Shown: one piece after another, positions 8,935 through 26,608 of the stretch
Layout: every line of letters starts with the position of its first letter
Position numbering within the stretch: the first letter of the stretch is position 1
NCBI GenBank assembly: GCA_030697825.1
Contig: JAUYOW010000146.1
Location: 5,978-69,977, forward strand
Direction of reading: 5' to 3'
Length of the DNA stretch: 64,000 nt
Origin: Gemmatimonadales bacterium
Lineage (GTDB): Bacteria; Gemmatimonadota; Gemmatimonadetes; Gemmatimonadales; JACORV01
Made by a program: the position numbers and the translations under genes
Notes under the pieces: model-generated
Database searches by the model: none
What the model was told of the DNA's origin: nothing
Seen by the model: the letters and a program-made list of their open reading frames with translations, nothing else

Positions 8935-10557
8935 GTGCCACGGACCCCGAGACTGGTTCGCGTGCTGAAGCACGCGCTCGGCCAAGGGCAGGCCGGCGGC
9001 TCTTTCGCGGCCCGCGGGTTCCTGCTCTCGTGTCTCGGCCTGGCGGCGGCCGGTGGCGTGGCGATGGCCCAGTGCCCCGACGGCACGCCGCCACCCTGCC
9101 GCCGCGCCGCCCGCCCGGCGGCGACGGCCTCGGCGAACACCGTCGCGGTCCTCTACTTCGACAATCTCTCTCGTGACACGTCCGACGCTTATCTCGCCGA
9201 CGGGCTCACCGAGGAGATCACCGCGCGCCTGGGACAGGTGGGCCGCCTGGTCGTCACGTCGCACACCGCCGTGCGGCGGCTGCGGAATGCGGCGACGATG
9301 AGCACGCCGGAGATCGGCCGCGCGCTGAGCGTGAACTATCTGCTCAACGGCAGCGTGCGGCGCTCGGCGAGCCGGCTGCGGGTCACGGTGGAGCTGGTCC
9401 GCGCCTCCAGCGGCGTGCAGGTCTGGTCCAACCAGTTCGACCAGAGCCAGGCGGATCTGCTCGCCATACAGGAGGAGATCGCGGTGGCGGTGGCGGCGGG
9501 CATCGTCGGCCAGCTGCTGCCGGGCGAGCGCGCCACCCTCGAGCGCAGGCCCACCCGCAACGCTGCGGCCTACGACGCCTACCTGCGGGGAAGCCGCGCC
9601 ATCTGGGACGTGGACCCGCGCAGTACCGCGCTGGCAATCGCCGCGTTCGAGACCGCGCTCAGGCTCGATCCCGGCTTCACCGCGGCCCGAGGCCGGATAG
9701 CCTACGCCTATGGATGGGCGTTGAACTGGAACCAGCCGCTGCCCGACATCCCGGTGGAGAGCCTGCCCGCCCGGGCTCAGGCCGCCGCAGACCGGGCGCT
9801 GGCCGAGGATTCCACTTCGGCCGACGCGTGGAGCGGCATGGGGTTCGTGCTCTTCCTTCGCGACCCGCCCGACTATACCGGCGCGCTCGCGGCCATGCGC
9901 CGCGCGGTCGCGCTGGATTCCACCAACGTCTTCGTCCGCCAGAGCAACGCCGTGCTGCTGCGGCGCATGGGAGCCTTTGACGCGGCAGCGGCGGAGTATC
10001 ACCGGGCGATCGAGCTCCAACCCGGCTTGAGCCAGGTGGTCGGCGACCTCGGCTTCATCGCCTACAGCCGGCGGCGCTACCGTGAAGCGGCGGGATGGTA
10101 CGACAGCGCCCTCGCGCTGAACCAGGGGGCGTGGCAGCACCTGACATACCGTGCGCGCATCCGGCTGGAGCTGCGGGACACGGCGGGCGCCCGGCAAGAC
10201 GCCGAGGATGCGGTGCGACTGGTCGCGGTGGCCTCGCGCGCGCTGGCGTTGAGCGTGCTCGCGCAGGTCGAGGCCCGCACCGGGGACAGCGCATCCGCCC
10301 GGGCGCGGCTCGAGCCGCTGCTCGCCCCCGTCGCCGAGGGCCCGGTTTCCGTCCGGGAGGGCTACGAGCTGGCGCTGGCGCTCGTGGCGACCGGGCAGAA
10401 GGACCGCGCGCTCGACGTGCTGGAGCGGGTGCGGCCGCGCGGGGCGTGGCTCTGGTCCTACCTCGTGTTCCCCGGCTTCGACCCGATCCGCGCGGAACCG
10501 CGCTTCGTGAGGGTCTACGAGGAGTCGCGGCCGCCGGGCGCGCCGCGGATGCCATAG
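8935..10557 (+). CDS. TPR repeat protein with N-terminal TolB-like/FlgO-like domain
   Basis: The N-terminal segment TVAVLYFDNLSRDTSDAYLADGLTEEITARLGQVGRLVV..LNGSV is followed by repeated TPR-like A/Y/L-rich helices. GTG start; start uncertain. Confidence 0.7.
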   Translation: MPRTPRLVRVLKHALGQGQAGGSFAARGFLLSCLGLAAAGGVAMAQCPDGTPPPCRRAARPAATASANTVAVLYFDNLSRDTSDAYLADGLTEEITARLGQVGRLVVTSHTAVRRLRNAATMSTPEIGRALSVNYLLNGSVRRSASRLRVTVELVRASSGVQVWSNQFDQSQADLLAIQEEIAVAVAAGIVGQLLPGERATLERRPTRNAAAYDAYLRGSRAIWDVDPRSTALAIAAFETALRLDPGFTAARGRIAYAYGWALNWNQPLPDIPVESLPARAQAAADRALAEDSTSADAWSGMGFVLFLRDPPDYTGALAAMRRAVALDSTNVFVRQSNAVLLRRMGAFDAAAAEYHRAIELQPGLSQVVGDLGFIAYSRRRYREAAGWYDSALALNQGAWQHLTYRARIRLELRDTAGARQDAEDAVRLVAVASRALALSVLAQVEARTGDSASARARLEPLLAPVAEGPVSVREGYELALALVATGQKDRALDVLERVRPRGAWLWSYLVFPGFDPIRAEPRFVRVYEESRPPGAPRMP

Positions 10558-10643
10558 CGCCTTCGCCGATGCCGCCCCGCAGCCCACGACGTGATCGTCG
10601 TGCGCGTGTTGACCCGCCCAGCCGCACGCGGCTAACCTCCACC

Positions 10644-12107
10644 ATGCCGCTCCGCCTCCACAACACCCTCTCCCGCTCCGTCGAGCCGTTCACGCCGCTC
10701 GCGCCGCCCAAGGTCACGCTCTACACCTGCGGCCCCACGGTCTGGAACTATGCCCACATCGGCAACTTCCGGACCTTCGTCGTCGAGGACGTGCTGAGGC
10801 GCTATCTCGCGTACCGCAGCTTCGACGTGCTGCACGTCATGAACGTCACCGATGTGGACGACCGGACCATCAACGCCGCGAACGCCGCAGGCATGCCGCT
10901 CGTCGAACACACGGCACCGTACACCAGAGCGTTCTTCGAGGACCGCGACTACCTGCGCATCCTGCCCGCGCACCACTACCCGGCGGCCACGGGGTTCATC
11001 CCTCATATGGTCGCGCTGGCGAGCCGGCTGCTCGAGAAGGGCGTGGCATACCGGGGTGATGACGGCTCGGTGTACTTCGGGATAGACCGGTTCCCTTCGT
11101 ACGGGCGCCTCTCCCGCCTGGATACGCGCGAGATCAAGGTGGGCGCGCGCGTTTCGAGCGACGAGTACGCCAAGGAGGACGCGCGCGACTTCGTCTTGTG
11201 GAAGGCCGCGAAGCCGGCGGACGAAGCCGTGGGCGCAGCCTGGGACGCGCCGTTCGGCCGAGGGCGGCCCGGCTGGCACCTCGAGTGCTCGGCCATGTCG
11301 CAGCACTATCTGGGCGACACGCTCGACATCCACGCCGGCGGCGTGGACCTCATCTTCCCCCACCACGAGGACGAGATCGCGCAATCGGAGGCCGCGACCG
11401 GCAAGCCGTTCGCGCGGTTCTGGCTCCACGCGGAGTTCCTCACGGTAAGCGGCAGCAAGATGTCCAAGCGGTACGGCAACTTTCTCACGGCCAGAGATCT
11501 CCGCGAGAACGGGGTGGACCCGGCCGCGGTCCGCTACCTCTTCGGCCAGACGCACTACCGGAAGCAGCTCGACTGGAGCGACGCGGCGCTCGAAGGCGCT
11601 ACGGCCGGCGTGCGCCGCCTCGGCGAGTTCCGCCTGCGCCTTGCGAAGGCGCCCGCCGGCGACAGCGCCGAGTGGGATGCGTCCACGGCGACGCTCGAGC
11701 GTAGCTTCGCCGAGGCGATGGACGACGATCTCAACGTGCCGGGCGCGCTAGCGGCGGTGATGGACTTCGTGCGCGCGGGCAACGCGTTGATCGACCGCGG
11801 CGGCGGCGTCTCGACTTCAGCCGTCTCGGTGTTCGATCGCGCCACGGAAGTGCTTCAGGTCGTGCCCGCCGCTACTGAGGTCTCTCTGGGGGGCGCAGTC
11901 CAGCCGACCGGGATGGTTGAGACCTTGATCGTGCCGGCTGAGGTTCGGGAGTTGGCTGAAGCCCGCAAGGATGCCCGGGTCAAGAAGAACTGGCAGCGGG
12001 CGGACGAGCTACGCAAGCTGTTGATCGAGAAAGGCTTCGACGTTCGCGACTCGAAAGACGGCGGCTACGAACTCCGCCGAGTAACTGAGCCTCCCACCAC
12101 GACTTGA
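10644..12107 (+). CDS. cysS: cysteine--tRNA ligase
   Basis: The true start is MPLRLHNTLSR at ATG 10644, inside track ORF 10095..12107. HIGN and KMSKR class-I motifs are present, as is the WHLECS zinc site. Confidence 0.95.
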   Translation: MPLRLHNTLSRSVEPFTPLAPPKVTLYTCGPTVWNYAHIGNFRTFVVEDVLRRYLAYRSFDVLHVMNVTDVDDRTINAANAAGMPLVEHTAPYTRAFFEDRDYLRILPAHHYPAATGFIPHMVALASRLLEKGVAYRGDDGSVYFGIDRFPSYGRLSRLDTREIKVGARVSSDEYAKEDARDFVLWKAAKPADEAVGAAWDAPFGRGRPGWHLECSAMSQHYLGDTLDIHAGGVDLIFPHHEDEIAQSEAATGKPFARFWLHAEFLTVSGSKMSKRYGNFLTARDLRENGVDPAAVRYLFGQTHYRKQLDWSDAALEGATAGVRRLGEFRLRLAKAPAGDSAEWDASTATLERSFAEAMDDDLNVPGALAAVMDFVRAGNALIDRGGGVSTSAVSVFDRATEVLQVVPAATEVSLGGAVQPTGMVETLIVPAEVRELAEARKDARVKKNWQRADELRKLLIEKGFDVRDSKDGGYELRRVTEPPTTT

Positions 12108-12165
12108 CCCACCCCAACGCAAGGTTTATGCTTCAGGGCTCGCGAAGTCCGCAATGGGACAGCGC

Positions 12166-12241
12166 GCTGACGTAGCTCAATCGGTAGAGCAGCTGATTTG
12201 TAATCAGCAGGTTAAGGGTTCGAGTCCCTTCGTCAGCTCCA
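12166..12241 (+). tRNA. tRNA-Thr (anticodon TGT), CCA encoded
   Basis: Cloverleaf folded by hand: acceptor gctgacg/cgtcagc, anticodon arm gctga-tttgtaa-tcagc, T arm aaggg-ttcgagt-ccctt. Confidence 0.9.
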
Positions 12242-12349
12242 GTTAGCCGGGAGGGAGCACGCAGCACCGCAGACCACGCCACCCCGCGTTTCGCGCCGCG
12301 GGGTGGTCTGTTCAGCGGACCAAAAGACGCCAGTGGGATGGGGCGCTGG

Positions 12350-12433
12350 GGTGGGGTGCCGGAGCGGTCAATCGGAGCAGACTGTAAATCTGCCGGCCTT
12401 GCGCCTACGAAGGTTCGAATCCTTCCCCCACCA
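12350..12433 (+). tRNA. tRNA-Tyr (anticodon GTA), long variable arm
   Basis: Acceptor ggtgggg/ccccacc, anticodon arm gcaga-ctgtaaa-tctgc, T arm gaagg-ttcgaat-ccttc. No encoded CCA. Confidence 0.9.
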
Positions 12434-12435
12434 CT

Positions 12436-12508
12436 GCGGGCGTAGCTCAGTTGGTAGAGCGTCAGCCTTCCAAGCTGAGGGTCGCGGGTTCGAGCCCCGT
12501 CGCCCGCT
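12436..12508 (+). tRNA. tRNA-Gly (anticodon TCC)
   Basis: Acceptor gcgggcg/cgcccgc, anticodon arm tcagc-cttccaa-gctga. Confidence 0.9.
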
Positions 12509-12509
12509 C

Positions 12510-12582
<73 letters not shown>

Positions 12583-12621
12583 TGAGACGTCGAGACCGTT
12601 TTTTCATGAGGTGGGGAGCGC

Positions 12622-12774
12622 ATGGCCCGCGAGAACATCATCATGGCGTGCACGGACTGCAAGGAGCGGAACTACTTCACCACCAAGAACCGCCGGAAGC
12701 ACCCCGAGCGTGTCGAGTGGAAGAAGTACTGCCCGCGCTGCAACAAGCACAAGGCGCATAAGGAGACGAAGTGA
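12622..12774 (+). CDS. rpmG: 50S ribosomal protein L33
   Basis: Hand translation gives [50 protein letters not shown] (50 aa, CxxC..CxxC). It is below the ORF-track size cutoff. Its stop overlaps the secE GTG (GTGA). Confidence 0.9.
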   Translation: MARENIIMACTDCKERNYFTTKNRRKHPERVEWKKYCPRCNKHKAHKETK

Positions 12775-13052
12775 GCAACTGGCTCACGCTGGCGATCCTC
12801 GTGGCGGCTGTTGCCTTCGCGGGGGCGCTCATGGTATGGCGCGAGCGGGTGCGAGTGGGGGCGCGCGCCTCGGTTGTCTTCCTGGACGAGGTCCGGGGCG
12901 AGATCAAGAAGGTCACCTGGCCGGACCGCCTGCAGCTCAAGAACGCGACGCTCGTGATCCTCGCGTTCGTGGCGATCGTGGCGCTCCTGATCGGCATTCT
13001 GGACATCGCGCTCCAGTTTCTAGTGGTGACGCTGCCCGGACGCCTTTCGTGA
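12771..13052 (+). CDS. secE: preprotein translocase subunit SecE
   Basis: Conserved ..[36 protein letters not shown].., and positioned between rpmG and nusG. Confidence 0.9.
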   Translation: MSNWLTLAILVAAVAFAGALMVWRERVRVGARASVVFLDEVRGEIKKVTWPDRLQLKNATLVILAFVAIVALLIGILDIALQFLVVTLPGRLS

Positions 13053-13066
13053 CGGGAGCCGTGACC

Positions 13067-13609
13067 ATGGAGCACCGCTGGTACGCCATACAGACGACCG
13101 CCGGTCACGAGAACAAGGTCCGGTCGCTGATCGAGCGCCGCATCCAGGACGACCCTCGGCCGCCGGAGGAGCGCGCCATCCGCCAGGCGCTCGTGCCGGT
13201 GCAGGAAGTGGTCGAGATCAAGAACGGCAAGAAGGTCAACGTCGAGCGGAAGCTGTTCCCGGGATACGTGCTGGTGGAGATGGTCTCGAACCAGGAGACG
13301 CTCCACGCCGTCAACAACATCCAGGGCGTGATCAAGTTCGTAGGGACCGGGCGTGAGCCCATGCCCCTCAGGCAGGACGAAGTGAATAGGCTCCTCGGCG
13401 TGGAGGAGGCGGTCTCGGAGACGGAACCGAAGGAGGAGATCCCGTTCCTCAACGGCCAGGTCGTCGAGATCATCGAAGGCCCGTTCTCCGATTTCAGCGG
13501 CACCGTCGAAGAGGTGCTGACGGACAAGGGCAAGGTCCGCGTATCGGTGAGTCTGTTCGGCCGGCCGACGACGGTGGAGCTGGATTATCTGCAGTTGAGA
13601 GCCCACTGA
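13067..13609 (+). CDS. nusG: transcription termination/antitermination factor NusG
   Basis: MEHRWYAIQTTAGHENKV.. (NGN domain) and a C-terminal KOW domain (GPFSDFSGTVEEV..KVRVSVSLFGR). This is the internal start of track ORF 12611..13609. Confidence 0.95.
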   Translation: MEHRWYAIQTTAGHENKVRSLIERRIQDDPRPPEERAIRQALVPVQEVVEIKNGKKVNVERKLFPGYVLVEMVSNQETLHAVNNIQGVIKFVGTGREPMPLRQDEVNRLLGVEEAVSETEPKEEIPFLNGQVVEIIEGPFSDFSGTVEEVLTDKGKVRVSVSLFGRPTTVELDYLQLRAH

Positions 13610-13696
13610 GGGTGTAGGATGCTTCTCCCGCGACCGCGCGGGTCATCGCGGCAGCTTGCGGCGGGCATTGCGCCGCGGCGCTAGAGAGAGGGACCG

Positions 13697-14125
13697 ATGG
13701 CACCGAAAAAGATCCAAGCCGTCGTAAAGCTCCAGATCAACGCTGGGGCTGCGACGCCCGCGCCGCCCGTCGGCTCGGCGTTGGGCCCGCACGGGCTCAA
13801 CATCATGGAGTTCTGCAAGCAGTTCAACGCCAAGACGGCCAACCAGCCGGGAATGGTGATCCCGGTGATCGTGACGGTCTTCGTGGACCGCTCCTTCACC
13901 TTCATCACCAAGACGCCGCCGGCGGCGGTGCTGCTCCGCAAGGAAGCCGGCATCGAAAAGGGCTCGGCAACGTCCAACCGGCAGAAGGTAGGAAAGGTTT
14001 CGAAGGCCCAGGTCCGGAAGATCGCGGAGCTCAAGATGCCCGATCTGAACGCGAACGACCTCGACGGCGCCATGGCGATGATCGCCGGGACGGCGCGCTC
14101 GATGGGCATCGAGGTGGTGGACTGA
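13697..14125 (+). CDS. rplK: 50S ribosomal protein L11
   Basis: [33 protein letters not shown].. is the canonical uL11 start. Confidence 0.97.
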   Translation: MAPKKIQAVVKLQINAGAATPAPPVGSALGPHGLNIMEFCKQFNAKTANQPGMVIPVIVTVFVDRSFTFITKTPPAAVLLRKEAGIEKGSATSNRQKVGKVSKAQVRKIAELKMPDLNANDLDGAMAMIAGTARSMGIEVVD

Positions 14126-14814
14126 TGGGCCCGAACGGGAAGCGGTACCGCGCCTCGATCTCCGGCCTCGATCCGGCCGCGCGCTACCAACCGCGCGAGG
14201 CGATCGAGAAGATCAAGGGCGCCAAGCCCGCCAAGTTCGACGAGACGGTGGACATCGCCGTCCGGCTGGGCGTGGACCCGCGCCACGCCGACCAGATCGT
14301 ACGCGGCACGGTGGTGCTGCCGCACGGGACCGGCAAGAAGGTGCGGGTGCTCGTCATCACGCAGGGCGAGAAGGTGAAGGAGGCCGAGGCGGCCGGGGCC
14401 GACTTCGTGGGGATCGAGTACATCCAGAAGATCAAGGACGGCTGGCTCGACATCGACGCGATCGTCGCCACTCCGGATGTGATGGGACAGCTCGGCCAGC
14501 TGGGCCGGGTGCTGGGTCCGCGCGGCCTGATGCCGAACCCGAAGGCCGGGACGGTGTCCATGGACGTGACGAAGGCGGTGCGGGACATCAAGGCCGGCAA
14601 GATCGAGTTCCGCGTGGACAAGACCGGGAACGTGCACGCGCCGATCGGCAAGCTGAGCTTCTCGGTCGAGCAGCTCGAGGCCAACTACCAGGCGTTCATG
14701 GACACGATCGTCCGGGCCAAGCCGCCGGCGGCGAAGGGTACCTATGTGAGGACGGTCGCCGTCTCGAGCACGATGGGCGCCGGCTTCCGCATCGACACGG
14801 GGCTGTATCACTGA
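14125..14814 (+). CDS. rplA: 50S ribosomal protein L1
   Basis: uL1 signature (..[33 protein letters not shown]..). ATGA overlap with rplK. Confidence 0.97.
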   Translation: MGPNGKRYRASISGLDPAARYQPREAIEKIKGAKPAKFDETVDIAVRLGVDPRHADQIVRGTVVLPHGTGKKVRVLVITQGEKVKEAEAAGADFVGIEYIQKIKDGWLDIDAIVATPDVMGQLGQLGRVLGPRGLMPNPKAGTVSMDVTKAVRDIKAGKIEFRVDKTGNVHAPIGKLSFSVEQLEANYQAFMDTIVRAKPPAAKGTYVRTVAVSSTMGAGFRIDTGLYH

Positions 14815-15338
14815 TGAACAAGACCGACAAGCAGAGCATAGTCACGGATCTGGGTGCCAAGCTGAAGGGCGCGCGCTCGATCTACGTGACGGATTTCCAG
14901 GGGCTCAACGTCGCGCGCGTGAGCGACCTGCGCCGCCGGCTGCGGAAGGCGGGGGTCGAGTATGTGGTGGTCAAGAACACCCTGGCCCGGCGCGCCTTGC
15001 TGGACGCCGCGGTGGGCGGGCTGGACGACCACCTGCACGGCGCCACAGCCCTCGCGCTGACCGCGCAGGACCCGGCGGCCGCGGCGAAGGTGCTGACCGA
15101 GTTCGCCAAGGAGTTCCAGAAGCCCTCGGTGAAGGCGGCGGTGATAGAAGGGCGGGCGGTCACGCCCGCGCAGGTGAAGCGGCTGGCGTCATTGCCGCCG
15201 CGGGAGCAGTTGCTGGCCGAGCTGGGCGCCGCGATGCAGGCCCCGCTGGCCGGGTTCGCGGGGGCGCTGTCGGCCCTCCTGTCGTCGTTTGCTGGCGCCC
15301 TCGAGGCGCTCAAGACGCAGCGCGAGGGCGCTGCCTGA
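14814..15338 (+). CDS. rplJ: 50S ribosomal protein L10
   Basis: uL10-like sequence (..[39 protein letters not shown]..). Confidence 0.95.
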   Translation: MNKTDKQSIVTDLGAKLKGARSIYVTDFQGLNVARVSDLRRRLRKAGVEYVVVKNTLARRALLDAAVGGLDDHLHGATALALTAQDPAAAAKVLTEFAKEFQKPSVKAAVIEGRAVTPAQVKRLASLPPREQLLAELGAAMQAPLAGFAGALSALLSSFAGALEALKTQREGAA

Positions 15339-15357
15339 TCTGGGAGAAGAGAGACCA

Positions 15358-15753
15358 ATGGCTACCAGCACCGCACTGAGCAAGGACGATATCCTCGAGG
15401 CGATCGGCAGCATGACGGTCGTCGATCTGGCAGACCTGATCGAGGCGTTCAAGACGAAGTTCAACGTGACGATCACCGTCGTTGCGCCGGCAGCCGCCGG
15501 TGGCGCGGGCGCGGGCGCGGCCGCACCCGCCGAAGAGGAACAGACGGAGTTCGCCGTCATCCTCAAGGAAACGGGCGCGAAGAAGATCCAGGTCATCAAG
15601 GTCGTCCGCGAGCTGACGAGCTTGGGCCTGAAGGAGGCGAAGGACCTCGTCGACGGCGCGCCGGCCACGGTCAAGGACGCCGTCAGCAAAGCCGAGGCGC
15701 AGGCGATGAAGGCGAAGCTCGAAGAGCAGGGCGCCACCGTCGAGCTGAAGTAG
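15358..15753 (+). CDS. rplL: 50S ribosomal protein L7/L12
   Basis: ATG at 15358 within track ORF 15289..15753. Ala/Gly hinge, and a C-terminal domain ..[28 protein letters not shown].. Confidence 0.97.
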   Translation: MATSTALSKDDILEAIGSMTVVDLADLIEAFKTKFNVTITVVAPAAAGGAGAGAAAPAEEEQTEFAVILKETGAKKIQVIKVVRELTSLGLKEAKDLVDGAPATVKDAVSKAEAQAMKAKLEEQGATVELK

Positions 15754-15836
15754 CCGGGCGGTACGCCCAGGATCGCGGAACATGGTCGGTGTATGCCCCC
15801 CACCCGGGGCCTTTTGCGCTGCGCGAAGGATGAGCG

Positions 15837-20330
<4,494 letters not shown>

Positions 20331-20333
20331 CCG

Positions 20334-24608
<4,275 letters not shown>

Positions 24609-24640
24609 GCAGAAGAAAGAGTTGCAGAGTTGCAGGAGAG

Positions 24641-24667
24641 GCGCCCGGCGGGAATCCCGCCGGGCGC
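24641..24667. terminator. bidirectional GC-rich hairpin between convergent rpoC and the small minus-strand ORF
   Basis: Perfect 12-bp stem gcgcccggcggg / cccgccgggcgc with a 3-nt loop (aat). Weak T-runs flank it on both strands. Confidence 0.6.
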
Positions 24668-24704
24668 TTCGGGCTTGCGTACGCCTCGGTGCGGCGGTCG
24701 CGGT

Positions 24705-24964
24705 CTACGGCAGCCGCTGCCCCGGCAGGTCTCTACCGTTCTGGTGCAGGATCAGCGACGTCACCCGCCCGTCAGCGCCCCGCATGAACTCGATCTCCGC
24801 ATCCACCACCCGCAGGAGGAACCGCGTTTCCGACGCGGGGTAGACGCGGAACTTCGGCTGGCCCGTCGCCTGCGCCATCAGCACGCCGTTGGCAGGTGGA
24901 GTTGTTGCGCCTCCAGCGCCGAAGTGAGGAGCAACGCCAGAGCCAGGAGCGCCCTGCGTATCAC
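24705..24964 (-). pseudogene. possible frameshifted small secreted protein (signal peptide in one frame, 57-codon domain in another)
   Basis: The GTG at 24964 overlaps the decarboxylase stop (GTGA). It encodes VIRRALLALALLLTSALEAQQLHLPTAC and then a stop at 24880..24878. The ATG at 24878, in a different frame, gives MAQATGQPKFRVYPASETRFLLRVVDAEIEFMRGADGRVTSLILHQNGRDLPGQRLP, ending at 24705. Confidence 0.35.
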
Positions 24965-26433
24965 GCCGCGACCTCCCGCGCTGCCTTCTTCATCTCGCCG
25001 ATCAGCTCCTCGAGGTGCTCCCAGCGCGTGAGGTAGCTGATCACCATCACCCGGATCGCCCGCTTCCCGACGGTGGTCGTGGCCGAGATCCAGTGCCGCC
25101 GCGACGCGAGCACCCGCTCCACGATCCTGTCCTGCACTGAATGGTACCGCTCCCCGCTCCCCGCTCCCTCTTGTCCCGCGCCAACGTACCGCACCGCCGC
25201 GATCGCCGTATCCACCGGCGTCACCGCCTCCCAGGCCCCGTCCTTGGTCAGCTCCGCGACGAAGCGCTCGGTGAGTGCGACCTGTTGCTCTGCCATCCGG
25301 CCGTAGGCGCGCCGTCCCACCAGTTTCATCGCCATCCAGAGCTTGAGCGCGGAGAAGGGACGCGAGCCCGCCAGCCCGTGGTGGCGGAACTCGATGGACT
25401 TGCCCGTGTCCGGGATGTAGACGTCGTCGGAGGTGAAGGTCTTGAGGCCGGCCTCCGGGTCGCGCGTGAGGACCGCGCCGCACGGGTAGGGCATGAAGAA
25501 CCACTTATGCGGGTCCATGGTGATGGAGTCGGCGTGCTCGATACCCTTCATCCGGGGCCGCAGCGCATCGCTCATCAATCCGCCCGCCGCGTACGCCGCG
25601 TCCACGTGATACCAGAGGCCGAACTCGCGGGCCACCTCGGCGATACGGTCGAGCGGGTCGATGACGCCGTTGCTCGTCACCCCGGCGATGCCGACCACGC
25701 AGAACGGGTTCAGACCCGACGCCAGGTCGAGCGCGATCATCTTCCTGAGGGCTTCGACATCCATTCGCGAGTTGGCGTCCACGGGAACCTTGCGAACGCC
25801 GTCACGCCCACCCAGTCCGATGATGTTGGCGCTCTTCTCTATGGAGAAATGCGCCTCCGCGGAGGCGTAGAGCACGGGGCGCGCCTTCAGGTCCCAGAGG
25901 CCGGCGCGCGTGGTCTCCGGCACGCTGGCCGCGAGCGCCATCTTGAGGGCCGTGGTGTTCGCGAGCGAGCCTCCGCTCGTCAGGCTGCCGAAGCCGGTCT
26001 CCGGCAGGCCCGCGAGCGCGCACAGCCAGCGTATCACCGTCGCCTCGATCGCCGTGGCCGATGGGCCGTGGTGCCAGGCGCCCAGGTTCTGGTTGAGCGC
26101 GGCGGCCAGCGCTTCGGCGAACACGGCGACCGGCAGCGGCGTCGGGTTCATCAGCCCGAAGTAGCGTGGACTCGGAAGGTTGAAGGCGAGGGGGGCGACC
26201 TCGTCCTCGAACCGTCGCATCAGCTCCGGCCAGGCGACCCCGTGCTCCGGCATCGGCTCGCAGAACCGGTCGAACGTCGCTTGGGGCGTGGTGTCCGGGA
26301 TGACGGGGAGGTCCCGGAGCGCCTCGTAGTGTCTGGCGATCCAGTCGGTTACGGCGCGGCCGAGGGCCTGCACGTCGTCGCCTGCGGGATCGAACGGATC
26401 CCGGGGCCCGGGATCCGGTGTCCGGGTCGTCAT
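24961..26433 (-). CDS. PLP-dependent group II amino-acid decarboxylase (DABA/aromatic/glutamate decarboxylase family)
   Basis: Motifs ..SGGSLANTTALKMA.., ..HVDAAYAGG.. and the PLP-lysine motif SITMDPHKWFFMPYPCG. Confidence 0.85.
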   Translation of the reverse strand: MTTRTPDPGPRDPFDPAGDDVQALGRAVTDWIARHYEALRDLPVIPDTTPQATFDRFCEPMPEHGVAWPELMRRFEDEVAPLAFNLPSPRYFGLMNPTPLPVAVFAEALAAALNQNLGAWHHGPSATAIEATVIRWLCALAGLPETGFGSLTSGGSLANTTALKMALAASVPETTRAGLWDLKARPVLYASAEAHFSIEKSANIIGLGGRDGVRKVPVDANSRMDVEALRKMIALDLASGLNPFCVVGIAGVTSNGVIDPLDRIAEVAREFGLWYHVDAAYAAGGLMSDALRPRMKGIEHADSITMDPHKWFFMPYPCGAVLTRDPEAGLKTFTSDDVYIPDTGKSIEFRHHGLAGSRPFSALKLWMAMKLVGRRAYGRMAEQQVALTERFVAELTKDGAWEAVTPVDTAIAAVRYVGAGQEGAGSGERYHSVQDRIVERVLASRRHWISATTTVGKRAIRVMVISYLTRWEHLEELIGEMKKAAREVAA

Positions 26434-26545
26434 GGCGCGGGCAAGCTAGCGGCCTCCGGCTCGGCGTCAAAGTGCCACTCGGTGCCGCGACGGCGCGCGC
26501 GCAGCGCCTGACGCTGGGACCGGCGGGCCAGCGGACTAGGCGCCG

Positions 26546-26574
26546 TTGACAGTTCCCGCTCGCAAGGGCTAGTT
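26546..26574 (+). promoter_or_regulatory. candidate sigma70-type promoter for the PAS-GGDEF-EAL gene
   Basis: A perfect TTGACA at 26546-26551, a 17-nt spacer, then the weak -10 box ctagtt. If it is used, the TTG at 26573 cannot be the start codon. Confidence 0.3.
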
Positions 26575-26608
26575 GGCATGTGGAAGCCTTCAGCGTCAGA
26601 TTCAAGCC

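Noticed and set aside
10095-10643. A 183-residue N-terminal extension of CysS in track ORF 10095..12107
   Set aside because: The extension is Arg/Gly/Ala/Pro low-complexity sequence and overlaps the 3' end of the TPR gene. The canonical CysS N-terminus (MPLRLHNTLSR) starts at ATG 10644.
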